From positions 15,055 through 79,054 of the forward strand of contig JAKAOF010000004.1 of the NCBI GenBank assembly GCA_021823345.1: a stretch of 64,000 nucleotides of DNA, given 5' to 3'. Position numbers and translations under genes: made by a program. The DNA is from Thermoplasmata archaeon. Its GTDB lineage: Archaea > Thermoplasmatota > Thermoplasmata > Lutacidiplasmatales > UBA184. Each line of letters begins with the position of its first letter. Position 1 is the stretch's first letter. This document shows positions 19,901 through 28,381 of this stretch, piece after piece. The notes under the pieces were generated by a model. It had not been told where the DNA came from. It ran no database searches and was given only the letters and a program-made list of their open reading frames with translations.

Positions 19901-21684
19901 GTCTGGGCGTACTGCTCGGACATCGACTGGTTCAGGTTCTGGATGATCTTGGTGACCGTGTAGTTCGCCGGATAGTTTCCATTGTAGGAGCTCCCGGTGT
20001 ACTCCCCGAGCAGGGACTTGTCCACCAACTGGTAGGAGAACTTGTGGGACAACTGGTAGTTGGGCGAGCCTTGGAAGGAGCTGATGTCGAGGCGGGTGTG
20101 GAACACGAAGGGGTCCGGAGAGTATCCCCCGCTCGCCTCGTTGCCCACCAGGAGGTTGTCCATGGTGGGGACCTTCGGGACGTTGATCGCGAGCGTGGTG
20201 CTCGGGAGCATCACGTAGGTCGCGGGCACGTAGATGATGAAGGGAGGACCCCCACTGTCGGGGACCACGTAGCAGCCGACCTCGGCGGTCGATTCGAGGG
20301 GCCCGAGGTTCCCGGTGGCGCTTTGCGCGTTCAGCGAGTGGGTCGCGCAGGCCCAAGAATTCTCGACCGGGGGATCGCCGCCGTTCGTGACCGGCGGGTT
20401 ACAGATCGCGACCCCGAGCCAATTGGCATAGTCATTGGCGTACTCCGTGACCCGAGCGTACGCCCATTGGTCCACGATGGAGGCACCTTGCTGCCAGATG
20501 TCTTCCCAGGTGGCCACCGGTTCGAGCAGCGTGGGGTCGACCACGTAGTTGCCGAAGTAGGTGTAAAGGATGTCGTAGGTGAAACGGTCGACGAAGCTGT
20601 ACACCGACTGGGCCAGCGTGGCTCCCACCTGGCTCGTGGCGGTGGTCGGGCTCTTGCCCATCGACTGCATGAGGAACAGGAAGAGCGCGGCGCTGTCCAC
20701 CGTTCCATTGCTGACATACTTCTGGACCAGGGAGTCCAGGGGAGAATGGCCCGCGCCGAAGGCATCGGTCGCGTGCGTGTCGTACGTTCGGAAGGATTGG
20801 AGGGTGGTCAGCAGGAGCGCCAAGTTGCCGGCGAGAGATATGTCCGAGGAAGGGAGCACGCTCGCCACGGAAGTACTGGGTCCGTACGGTCCGCCGCCTA
20901 CCCCCTCGAGGGCATTGAGTTCGCCGACGGTGGTGAGGATGTACTGGGCGAGCCGGGTGAACTCGGCCTCGGGACCCTCGACCGAGTTCGTGAAGGACTC
21001 GGCGGAGGACTCGAGGAGGCCCAAGGCGGACTGGGGGCTTTCCACGAACGGGAAGGTGGCTTCGGAAAAGGCGCCGGAGGTGTTCTGGTAGGCAAACAGT
21101 TGGATCGACCCCACGACGGCCGGATACGGGGTCACGGACGCGGGCGTGGTGGCAAGGTAGGTGTTCTGGGCGGATGGCCCCACGGGCGCGGAGGAGGAGG
21201 GGTCCGCCTCGGACACCGTGGGATAGAGTCCTTCGGAGTGCAGGGAGGGGAAGGTGACGTGCACCCACCAAGAGCTGATGCAGACGACGAACGGGTCCTC
21301 GATCACCGCGTTCTTGCAGGCGGGCATCGAGCCGGACGCGGCGAAATGCATGGGGAAGTTCGTGCCCACGTAGGACCCCACATCGGAATCCACCTCCTGG
21401 TCGACCAAGGTGAGGTTGGGGTTCACGACGGTCCCATCCTGGAGCCCGGTCGCCACCCGGCTCAGCAGGGCGAGGGTGGCGTTCTTCTCGATCGCCTGGG
21501 AGGCGGTCCCCAGGATCGTGGAGGAGGATTGCGAGGCGGTCGTCCCCCCGTTGAGCAGCAGGTTCTGTTCGCTCACGAGAAGGGAGCTGCCGATGATCAA
21601 CACGGCCGACAGGAGCACGATCGCCACGAATGAATATGGTATCCGGCCCGAACGAGACCGGGAGAAGCCTCGGCGATTTCTCAC
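16966..21684 (-). CDS. Giant pilin-like secreted protein, copy B (about 1572 aa)
   Basis: GTG 21684 with a CTTATAC box about 20-25 nt upstream. RRGFSRSRSG|RIPYSFVAIVLL. Shares VDPTLLEPVA.W, LN.SYSYLTQG, NMGIAP.ET.W, TPWPL and EAD.GG with 4715-9349. Confidence 0.85.
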   Translation of the reverse strand: MRNRRGFSRSRSGRIPYSFVAIVLLSAVLIIGSSLLVSEQNLLLNGGTTASQSSSTILGTASQAIEKNATLALLSRVATGLQDGTVVNPNLTLVDQEVDSDVGSYVGTNFPMHFAASGSMPACKNAVIEDPFVVCISSWWVHVTFPSLHSEGLYPTVSEADPSSSAPVGPSAQNTYLATTPASVTPYPAVVGSIQLFAYQNTSGAFSEATFPFVESPQSALGLLESSAESFTNSVEGPEAEFTRLAQYILTTVGELNALEGVGGGPYGPSTSVASVLPSSDISLAGNLALLLTTLQSFRTYDTHATDAFGAGHSPLDSLVQKYVSNGTVDSAALFLFLMQSMGKSPTTATSQVGATLAQSVYSFVDRFTYDILYTYFGNYVVDPTLLEPVATWEDIWQQGASIVDQWAYARVTEYANDYANWLGVAICNPPVTNGGDPPVENSWACATHSLNAQSATGNLGPLESTAEVGCYVVPDSGGPPFIIYVPATYVMLPSTTLAINVPKVPTMDNLLVGNEASGGYSPDPFVFHTRLDISSFQGSPNYQLSHKFSYQLVDKSLLGEYTGSSYNGNYPANYTVTKIIQNLNQSMSEQYAQTKVSGYVDTIARAMAKMGPSANGLPTLTGSDVLNSSYSYLTQGSAAEYSTLWAATGYISSQNTPSNLDNWWVTGAEHVSGVGTGPSVHTTYSLSDTARLGARLWYMTYYNLYYGMNGDIDPTLPSGAPVQTSSAEDGLWVSPAAGKLPVPPAQYLYEPNFREDVQSATFDDIYAWMGSSEGSWNGGQGNLDWFLFAPGFQGSGAGPAQVDQECALYANAAASTFTGQDDCDQPYTCEPFLQASAMYYNDQQNLWSQVLGLVEQAGTPTIGSGNSQFSLITTSWNNIQHYTGKADWKGNSFSGAGGFIETYVDIPSLASGNPDPTSIYQNTGSLAEQWIPGIYESSQQWTENMASEQSLPYSPYLQRNMPYEYWQGTRSAALTDGSVESVPGLNLDSVSYYSESGTPGTLTYSLTQPQVCVHTVDPQDSSVNMGIAPFETTWDVFMGGTVRLTISDPQKELLEGGKLHNTTLTIEVPLRANFPVTIETPWPLQSNILQKTDPIPLETRGLLGLVVGHPATFSYDYKPLGSSPANWVFLPGDYVSPLLNKLLVALHGASIIAKNETADEAAMLSNLPDAGPDGGPALSLALSQDVQWDGLAYNSVAKYSSSVFLSLMGQIQGKLHLASGSMLTPVLALNYHTFFGDNMTSLNLQSHYANFQSGEGGTSVNSRSDVFEATESLTTNSITGTVEYDPGNANMTLRSMWKAPGSSWSLLGFWNQSGVTSRLDLTGPGHPISQQLWAYSPGLSSLLVPHDGYTASTASLYVGGAPSGLGTTQTELTKAYQNWMKTTSPTFDTYVTTEQYLAGYLFDCLQQSTGCTLPSQQWRWGTALQMPGGQLWSSTSVIFTPAGGITAANMDAFLLWDVSANRVMGYSLNESAPDYMALALMAQPQVGAPQAGWMSSSLLPSVGWNSTYGIGAFQPTPVALTDPAAAFNDPNFASMEADMGGLLDGGSSSAVVDLGGASSSTYTYQGSLSEQ

Positions 21685-21972
21685 GATACGTTTACCCTGG
21701 TCTGTATAAGTGGCGAGCGGTAGAAAAGCCCTTCGACACGAAAGAACCCGTAAGGACCCGTTTGGACGGGATCCGTCCGAGCCGGGCAGGGTCCCTGTGA
21801 AGACCCGTGCGGTGCCACAAACAATTGCTTGGCCCAACCCTAGGCGCGTCGTGTTGGCAGATGCGTGGGCCGACCGCCCACGACGTGTCGAAAAGCCGGT
21901 ATAGAAACACATTTCTCACCGGTGTCTGTCGCAACCATTTTATAGCATGCCGGGCATATACATACGGGGTTG
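21685..21972. promoter_or_regulatory. Divergent promoter region of pilus locus B
   Basis: TATA-like boxes at 21704-21710 (-) and 21938-21944 (+). Inverted 9-mers TTCGACACG (21732) and CGTGTCGAA (21884). AGAAA-CACA-TTTCT palindrome at 21903-21916. Confidence 0.55.
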
Positions 21973-22551
21973 ATGCAACACATGCACCGGCGTTTCAATG
22001 TGGACAAGAGAGCCGCGCTCGAGGGCCTTCCGCTCTATCTGATCATCATGGTAGTGGTGGCAGGCGTCGTCATTGTGATTCTGCTTTCGTGGCTCTCGTC
22101 GGTGAACCATGCCGGGATCGGTTCCATTTCCGCGAGCTTCTACGGAAAGGGGAACATCGCGGTCGACATCGGCGGCCCATCCTGCAAGACCGCCAGCACG
22201 GCCTACAACCTCTGCTACAATTCGGGATCCGCCGGCACGTGCGACTTCACGAACAATCCCTCGGCCACCGCCAATGGCGAGGCGTTGGTCGTTTCCGTCT
22301 ATGATACGAAAGGCAATGCTCTCAGCGGGGTTTCCGTCCAGCTGTCGTTGAGCGCCGGTTTCGACTGGGGAGCGATCCCCACTTCGGCCACGACCCTCGC
22401 TAACGGAAGCGCCCTGTTCGCGAGCCTCACCGGCCACATCTCGGCGAACACGAACTCGGGCACCCTCACCATCACCGCGACGGACTCCTCCGGTACGAGC
22501 ACCACGCAGTCGACCCAGCTCGTTATCAACGTAATCCCGCCTCAGTGCTGA
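21973..22551 (+). CDS. Probable major pilin with Ig-like head, copy B
   Basis: RRFNVDKRA|ALEGLPLYLIIMVVV. VSVYDTKGNALSGVSV..ANGSALF. 4 Cys, C-terminal Cys. The start could instead be 21982. Confidence 0.85.
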   Translation: MQHMHRRFNVDKRAALEGLPLYLIIMVVVAGVVIVILLSWLSSVNHAGIGSISASFYGKGNIAVDIGGPSCKTASTAYNLCYNSGSAGTCDFTNNPSATANGEALVVSVYDTKGNALSGVSVQLSLSAGFDWGAIPTSATTLANGSALFASLTGHISANTNSGTLTITATDSSGTSTTQSTQLVINVIPPQC

Positions 22552-25454
22552 TCGAGGAGGGGAGGGCGCTGGATTCCACCCTCTCTTCCAGGTTGGCAGG
22601 TGCCAGTGCGCTTGCCCTGTCACTACTGGTGCTGCTGAGCGGACTTTCGCTGGTCTTCGATGCGGGCTCGGCCCAGGCCGCTCCTCCCGCTTCGCCTTCG
22701 TCGGGGAGCACGATTTCGATCCAAACGAGCGATGTGCGGGCCGTGAACAACACGGTCTTTGGCACCGAAGTGTTCGTCCCCTCCGCGCCCTATCCCGCCG
22801 GATCGACCACCATCCTCATTGAGGAACCCCTGAGCGCCACGATCGTGATCGGGGTGGGCATCAAGATCGTCAGTTCCGGTACCTCCCCGGTGGGCTACCC
22901 CCTGTGGCGAGTGTGGAGCTCCGGAACCTTGGTGGCCAATGTGACGAACGTGACGGGACCCCTGGCCGCCGGGTCCGCGGTGCTGCTCGAGGCGACCGGA
23001 GGCTCGGGCAGTGGATGGTGGAACTTCACCGCGAACGGCGGGCTCATCCGCAACGGTTCGTTCTCGGGAACGTTCACGGGAGGGGGCGTGCTCGCCGCCG
23101 CGGCGTTCTCGGCCAGTGCCTCTCCCGTTAGCAAACCCACCCTCTCGGTCAGCGTGTCGGGAACCTCTCCCGGTGTCCAGGTCCCCACCGCTTGGAGCTT
23201 GGGGTTCTATCACAGCTCCATTACACTCGCCCCCGGCAGCGCGTACGTCACCGCCGCTTCGGGGATGCAGGCGACCGGTCAAGACCAGAACCTTTCGTTC
23301 TACCAGGACTCGTTGCTCGTCGCCACGAACGCCACGGGCCAACCCATGGGCACCTACCTCTGGGGATTGGGGGGACCGGCGTTTGGTGCGATCGTCCCGT
23401 GGACCTCCTCCAGCCCTTCCGCCCTTAGCAATTCGGGCGTGGGACTCAACCTCACCATTCCCGCGAACGCCACCTTAGGCGGGGACTTTTGCCTCACGGT
23501 GACCGAGCCCTTCAGCGGCGGGAAGAACCTCTCGGGAGCCCTGTGTGCCCTGGGGACCGCGCAAACGCTCGTGTCGTACGTCATGTATTCCGATCCCAAC
23601 GGTTCGTACCAGGGAGAAGCCCCCGTCTCGGGGATCGCGGGGTTGGGATCCCTGAACCTCGAAGTGACATCGGTGGGAACTGGTTTCTGGCAAGTCCTCT
23701 TGGGCGGAAGCCCGATATCCATCCCCTTCACGGGTGCGAACATCGCGGTGGGCCGTGCCGCGAGCTCGGCGACCTTAGCCCCGAGCGTCTCCCTGCTCAC
23801 GGGCGACGGGAACGGCCTTTCCTCCGACCTCAATCTGTCCGAAGGGGTCACCCTCCAGTCGGGCACCACGTGGACCCCGGCACCGGAAGGCATCACGCTA
23901 GCTCCACCGGTGGGAGCCAATGTGTGTGCCCAGGGCAATTCCCAGAACTGGCTGATCCCGCCCGGGGCGATCGATCTCGCTCCCTGTGCGGGAGCGCTCC
24001 CGGGGGGTGTGCGCCTCTGGAACCTTACCACGACGGCGCCGGTGCTGAGCCTCTCCGTCACCGGAAGACCCGGCGCGATGACCTCCCTCGAGGTGCAGAA
24101 CGTGACGCTGTACGTGAATTCGAGCACCGGGGCAGGGACGACCCCCCAGAGCCCGGCCCTCTTTTCGCTCGAACCGGCGTCCCTGTTCGGTTCGCCGGTG
24201 GAGGTCCAGACGGGAGTGTATCGGGTGACCTTGACCGCACCGCCGGAGATCGCGGCGTCCTCGATCACCCCCCAGTTGACCGCCGCCGCTCCCAACGCGG
24301 TCCCCGCCACCAGCTCCTTCTCCCTCCTGCTCGGTCCCGGCAATCTCACCCTCGGGTACGCCCCCCGCCCCCCTACGGTGCTCTGGGACTCGCAAAACGC
24401 GTCCTTGTCCCTCTGGGTCAACACCTCGTCGAGCCCGGGAGTGCCGGTCTCGGACGCGAACCTTTCGATCTCCGCGACGGCGGGTGGGGCCTTCTCGTCC
24501 ATCAACCTTGTGGCTCCAGGAGAGTACTCCACGGTCTACTCGCCGCCGCAGATCACCCGGCAGGTGAATGACACCCTGATCGTCCAAGCCACGGCGAACG
24601 GGTTCTTCCTCCTGCAGGAATCGCTGACGGTGCTCCTCGCTCCCGGGCCGATGTCGGTCGCCATCACGGGGGTGGGCCCGAACGTTACGTCCGGCTCCTC
24701 GATACCGGTCACGCTCTGGGCCAATTCGACATTCGGGGGGGCGCTCACCGCGTCCTGGTCGGCGGTCCTCTCGCTCCCCGGCCTCAATGGGACGGACCTT
24801 CTGTCCAACCTCACACCCGGGCCCTCGGGCTCCGAGCGCGCCGTGCTCACGGTCCCGGTCCTCGGACAGACCAACACGACGACCCTGGTGGTCACGGCGA
24901 CGGCCTACGGGTACGCCCCCGGGGTCTTGCACGTCCCCTTGACGGTGATCGTGGAACCGCTCCACGTGACGGTCACCCCAGCGGGTGCGGCCGTCGGAGG
25001 ATCGACGGTTCCCCTTATCGTGACCGCCACGGATCCGAGCGGCTCCCCCGTGGCCAACGTGTCGGTGGCCTTCAACCTACCCTACGGGGCCGGAACGCTC
25101 TCGGCCGGGAGCGTCATCACCGGTGGGAACGGGACCGCGACGGTCGACTGGGTGCCCCCGAGCGCAGGAGGTACCTGGTCCGTCCTGGTCACCGTGCAGG
25201 GGCCTGCAGGCTACGCTTCGTTCTCCGAGAACGTGAGCCTGAGCGCGACCGCCGCGCGGGGTACGTCCCCGTCCCCCACGGGGCGGTACACCCCGGTGGT
25301 GATCTTCGCCATCGCGGTGGTGGTTGTGGTCGGCGCCCTTCTGCTCTGGGGTTACCTCCGGTACCGCCAGCGCACGGAGTCCGAGCATCCGAAGGCTCCC
25401 AAGGGAAAACGGACCAAGCGGAAGACGCCAGAAGCTCCACCGCCGGGGGCCTGA
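22545..25454 (+). CDS. Cell-surface protein with Ig-like (Big_1) repeats and C-terminal TM
   Basis: Signal peptide. VTATDPSGSPVANVSVAF..TGGNGTATV Ig motif. C-terminal TM and basic tail. Overlaps the pilin stop. Confidence 0.85.
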   Translation: MLIEEGRALDSTLSSRLAGASALALSLLVLLSGLSLVFDAGSAQAAPPASPSSGSTISIQTSDVRAVNNTVFGTEVFVPSAPYPAGSTTILIEEPLSATIVIGVGIKIVSSGTSPVGYPLWRVWSSGTLVANVTNVTGPLAAGSAVLLEATGGSGSGWWNFTANGGLIRNGSFSGTFTGGGVLAAAAFSASASPVSKPTLSVSVSGTSPGVQVPTAWSLGFYHSSITLAPGSAYVTAASGMQATGQDQNLSFYQDSLLVATNATGQPMGTYLWGLGGPAFGAIVPWTSSSPSALSNSGVGLNLTIPANATLGGDFCLTVTEPFSGGKNLSGALCALGTAQTLVSYVMYSDPNGSYQGEAPVSGIAGLGSLNLEVTSVGTGFWQVLLGGSPISIPFTGANIAVGRAASSATLAPSVSLLTGDGNGLSSDLNLSEGVTLQSGTTWTPAPEGITLAPPVGANVCAQGNSQNWLIPPGAIDLAPCAGALPGGVRLWNLTTTAPVLSLSVTGRPGAMTSLEVQNVTLYVNSSTGAGTTPQSPALFSLEPASLFGSPVEVQTGVYRVTLTAPPEIAASSITPQLTAAAPNAVPATSSFSLLLGPGNLTLGYAPRPPTVLWDSQNASLSLWVNTSSSPGVPVSDANLSISATAGGAFSSINLVAPGEYSTVYSPPQITRQVNDTLIVQATANGFFLLQESLTVLLAPGPMSVAITGVGPNVTSGSSIPVTLWANSTFGGALTASWSAVLSLPGLNGTDLLSNLTPGPSGSERAVLTVPVLGQTNTTTLVVTATAYGYAPGVLHVPLTVIVEPLHVTVTPAGAAVGGSTVPLIVTATDPSGSPVANVSVAFNLPYGAGTLSAGSVITGGNGTATVDWVPPSAGGTWSVLVTVQGPAGYASFSENVSLSATAARGTSPSPTGRYTPVVIFAIAVVVVVGALLLWGYLRYRQRTESEHPKAPKGKRTKRKTPEAPPPGA

Positions 25455-25488
25455 GCAAGCCGGGACGGGCGCGTCGACGGACCGGCCC

Positions 25489-26769
25489 TCAGTCGCGTTG
25501 CAGCAGGGCGACCGTTCCTTGGCCGCCCGCCGCGCAGACCGAAACCACGGCGAGGGACCCGGAGGGGTGGGCCGACAGCTCGACACACGCCTGGCTCAGG
25601 ATCCGCGCGCCGGTCGCCGCAAAGGGATGCCCGAGGGCCAGGGAGCCCCCATGGGGGTTCACCCGGTCCCAGGGGAACGGGCCGAGGTCGAAATCAACCC
25701 CCGCTTTCTCCCGCCGATACACCGGGTCCGACAATGCCTGGATGTTCGCGAGAACCTGGGCCGAGAACGCCTCGTGGATCTCCCACAGGGCGACCTCCTC
25801 CGACCGAAGTCCGTGTCGTGCGAGCAATCGCGGGATCGCCCGGGCGGGGGCCATGAGCATCCCGTCCCGGTGAAAGTCGACCGCGGCCATCTCCCAATCG
25901 AGGATCCGCACGACCGGATCGACCCCGAGGCGACGCATTCCCTCCGGGTCGCCGAGCCAGACCGAGCCCGCCCCGTCGCTCAGCGGGGAGGCGTTCCCGG
26001 GGGTGATGGTGCCGCGCCCGCTCGAACGGTCAAAGACCGGGGAGAGCTTCCCCAGTTTCTCCATCGAGGAGTCCTTCCGCGGGAAGGAGTCCCGCTCCAC
26101 CCCAGCCAAGGGCTGGACGAGGCTTGAAAAGAACCCGGACTCTTGTCCGGCCACGGCGGCGGAGTGGCTCCGCAGGGCCCAGCGGTCCTGCGCCTCCCGC
26201 GAGATACCGAGCTCCTTCGCGGTGACCTCCATGTAATCGCCCATGGATTGCCCGGGGGCCCGGCCCGACCATCCCCGGGTCGGGAGATCGAAGTCCTCGC
26301 GGGTCAATCGCGAGAAGGATGCGTAGCCCTGGTCCGGGTCGACGGCGAACTCCCCGAGCAGGCGCTCGGTCACGCGGTACTTCACGGAGAAGGCCACGTG
26401 GCTCATGCTCTCGACCCCGCCCACCAGGGCGAGGTGGGTGCCGCCCCGCCCCAGCATCCCCGATGCCTGGAGGGCCATCACGAAGCTCGAGGAGCAGGCC
26501 ATGACGGAGGCGTACGCCGGGATCGTGCGGTCGAGTTCCGCGGCGAAGAGCAGGTCCCGGGCGATGTTGGAGATGGTGGGGTCGGGGATCACCTGCCCCC
26601 AAAGGAGGAAGTCCGGACGGGCCCGGTCCAACATGGACCTTACGACCGGAATGGAGAGCTCGATGGACGACTGCCGCGCGTAGGGTCCCCCCGCCCGGAC
26701 GAAGGGGGTCCGCACCCCGGGAGAGAGATAGATCGGGGAGGTGGACGATCCGTGCTCGGGGGACCTCAT
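25489..26769 (-). CDS. Acetyl-CoA C-acyltransferase (thiolase)
   Basis: RTPF, MACSSS (catalytic Cys), GGVESMS, GNASPLSDGA, HEAF, GHPFAATG, VCAAGG. Confidence 0.93.
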   Translation of the reverse strand: MRSPEHGSSTSPIYLSPGVRTPFVRAGGPYARQSSIELSIPVVRSMLDRARPDFLLWGQVIPDPTISNIARDLLFAAELDRTIPAYASVMACSSSFVMALQASGMLGRGGTHLALVGGVESMSHVAFSVKYRVTERLLGEFAVDPDQGYASFSRLTREDFDLPTRGWSGRAPGQSMGDYMEVTAKELGISREAQDRWALRSHSAAVAGQESGFFSSLVQPLAGVERDSFPRKDSSMEKLGKLSPVFDRSSGRGTITPGNASPLSDGAGSVWLGDPEGMRRLGVDPVVRILDWEMAAVDFHRDGMLMAPARAIPRLLARHGLRSEEVALWEIHEAFSAQVLANIQALSDPVYRREKAGVDFDLGPFPWDRVNPHGGSLALGHPFAATGARILSQACVELSAHPSGSLAVVSVCAAGGQGTVALLQRD

Positions 26770-26904
26770 GCCGTTTCCTTCCCGTCGACATCCCCGAAGC
26801 ACGTAATCCTTCCGGGCGGACGGAGCGCGCGCCGGCCGGCGAGCTTCACGGGAATGCACGGCGAAGGTCGGCAGGAAACTCTCGGGGGAGGAACGGGGTG
26901 CGGC

Positions 26905-27792
26905 TCAGAGGAGCGACCGGCCGCACGCGAGACAGACCCGCTGCTGGGCATCCACGGGGTTCCCGCAGCTCGGACAGATGCGGCGAGGCGGGGCAAAGCC
27001 CGACCGGTCCATCGGAGGGTTGTTCTGGGACGCGGGCGGAAGGGACGGAGGGGCCTGGGGCGGCTGCACCACGGGCGAGCCGAAGGAGGCGGGAGGAGGG
27101 GAGGGCGAGGGGGCGTATTGGGGTTGAGCGGCATACTGTTGAGGAGGGGGGCTCGCCGACGCCGTGGGGGGGAGCATCGTCTGGGGCGGCGGATAGGAAC
27201 CCACCGGGGCGGGCGCAGCATCCCCGGGGGGGGCGGCGCTGTGTGCGATCGGGGCCGGTTGTGGTTGGGTTCCCGGGTACTGGGGTCCCGAGGTGGGGGA
27301 CCAGGTTCCCATCGGGGCTCCGGTCGGTGCGCCGAGGGGCGGAGGCCCGTCGGTGCCGGTCGCGGAGGGTTCGGCGGGCTTCGCTCCCGCCACCTGGCGC
27401 CAGATGAGGAAGAGGAGGAATCCCGGCAGCACTCCCCCGAGCAGGATCGCGATCAGGGACTGCTGGTGCATGTGGTGGAGGAACAGCGTGGAGGGGCCGG
27501 AGTCATCCGACATCATCCGGCGGGTGAATCCGGGGATGACGGAGAGCACGAGGAAGAGGTTGATCACGATCCCGAGGCACCAGACCACGAGCTCCATCCA
27601 GACGATGACGCTCCAGGAGGGGAAGGAACTCGACCCGGCGTTGACGAGGAGGGCAAGCAGCACCACGAACAGTGCCATGAACGCGAGGGCGATCCACCGC
27701 ACAAGGCGGGCCTTGCGCATGAACTCCTCCTTTTCCTCCCCGGCAGAGGGGGCGCGGGAGAACTCCTCAGGATATCCGGCCGGCGGCATCAT
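26905..27792 (-). CDS. Membrane protein (3 TM) with Pro-rich tail and C-terminal Zn-ribbon
   Basis: Three hydrophobic segments, a Pro/Gln-rich linker and CPSCG..CLACG at the C-terminus. Last gene of the pilus operon. Confidence 0.8.
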   Translation of the reverse strand: MMPPAGYPEEFSRAPSAGEEKEEFMRKARLVRWIALAFMALFVVLLALLVNAGSSSFPSWSVIVWMELVVWCLGIVINLFLVLSVIPGFTRRMMSDDSGPSTLFLHHMHQQSLIAILLGGVLPGFLLFLIWRQVAGAKPAEPSATGTDGPPPLGAPTGAPMGTWSPTSGPQYPGTQPQPAPIAHSAAPPGDAAPAPVGSYPPPQTMLPPTASASPPPQQYAAQPQYAPSPSPPPASFGSPVVQPPQAPPSLPPASQNNPPMDRSGFAPPRRICPSCGNPVDAQQRVCLACGRSLL

Positions 27793-27805
27793 AGCTGAGC
27801 CAGCC

Positions 27806-28381
27806 TCACGGGCAACTGGGCCACGCATACGTATATCCGGGCAAATAGATAAGGGGTAGGTACTCCGCCGCCCCATCGACCCACACTTCCTTCAGCGTGA
27901 GCGAGAACGGCATTCCGGCCGTGATGTAAAGGCAGCTCTGATCGATCGTCTGGAGCTGTTTGTAATCGAGGTAGGGAACCTTCGTCACGTTCTGGAAATC
28001 CGACCACTTGAGGAGATAGACGGGGTTCGAGAAGGAGCTCCAGCTGCTCACGTACCCGGCGGAGACGTTCGCCGCCACCAGGATGACGTCCCGGGTGAAC
28101 GCGAGGCTGTAGGGGATCGTGCGGTACGGGAACGGCGTGGCGCCGGCGTTCGCCGGGAGCGAGACGGAACCGGTCCCGTTGAACGAGAAGCTCTCCGTCA
28201 CGTTCCCGGAGAGTCCCTCGACCCGGTTGATGTGGCTCGAGATCGTGGTCACGACCGACTCCATCGCCAGGTTCACGCTGTAGCTCGAGGCATCGACGTC
28301 CATGACCGCCGTGACGGTGCTCACCATCGCGACCGCTGCGATGCTCGCCACAAAGATGGACATCACCCAGTCGAGCAGCAT
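27806..28381 (-). CDS. Pilin-like/accessory membrane protein
   Basis: ATG 28381 in a TAATG overlap. MLLDWVMSIFVASIAAVAMV single N-terminal TM, then a helix and beta domain. Confidence 0.75.
   Translation of the reverse strand: MLLDWVMSIFVASIAAVAMVSTVTAVMDVDASSYSVNLAMESVVTTISSHINRVEGLSGNVTESFSFNGTGSVSLPANAGATPFPYRTIPYSLAFTRDVILVAANVSAGYVSSWSSFSNPVYLLKWSDFQNVTKVPYLDYKQLQTIDQSCLYITAGMPFSLTLKEVWVDGAAEYLPLIYLPGYTYAWPSCP

Noticed and set aside
21685..21912. Upstream extensions of track ORFs (giant pilin B, and also the starts at 2902, 28705, 33827, 36835, 37332, 37793, 38861, 47642, 56814)
   Set aside because: Signal peptides, TATA boxes and start/stop overlaps support the downstream starts.
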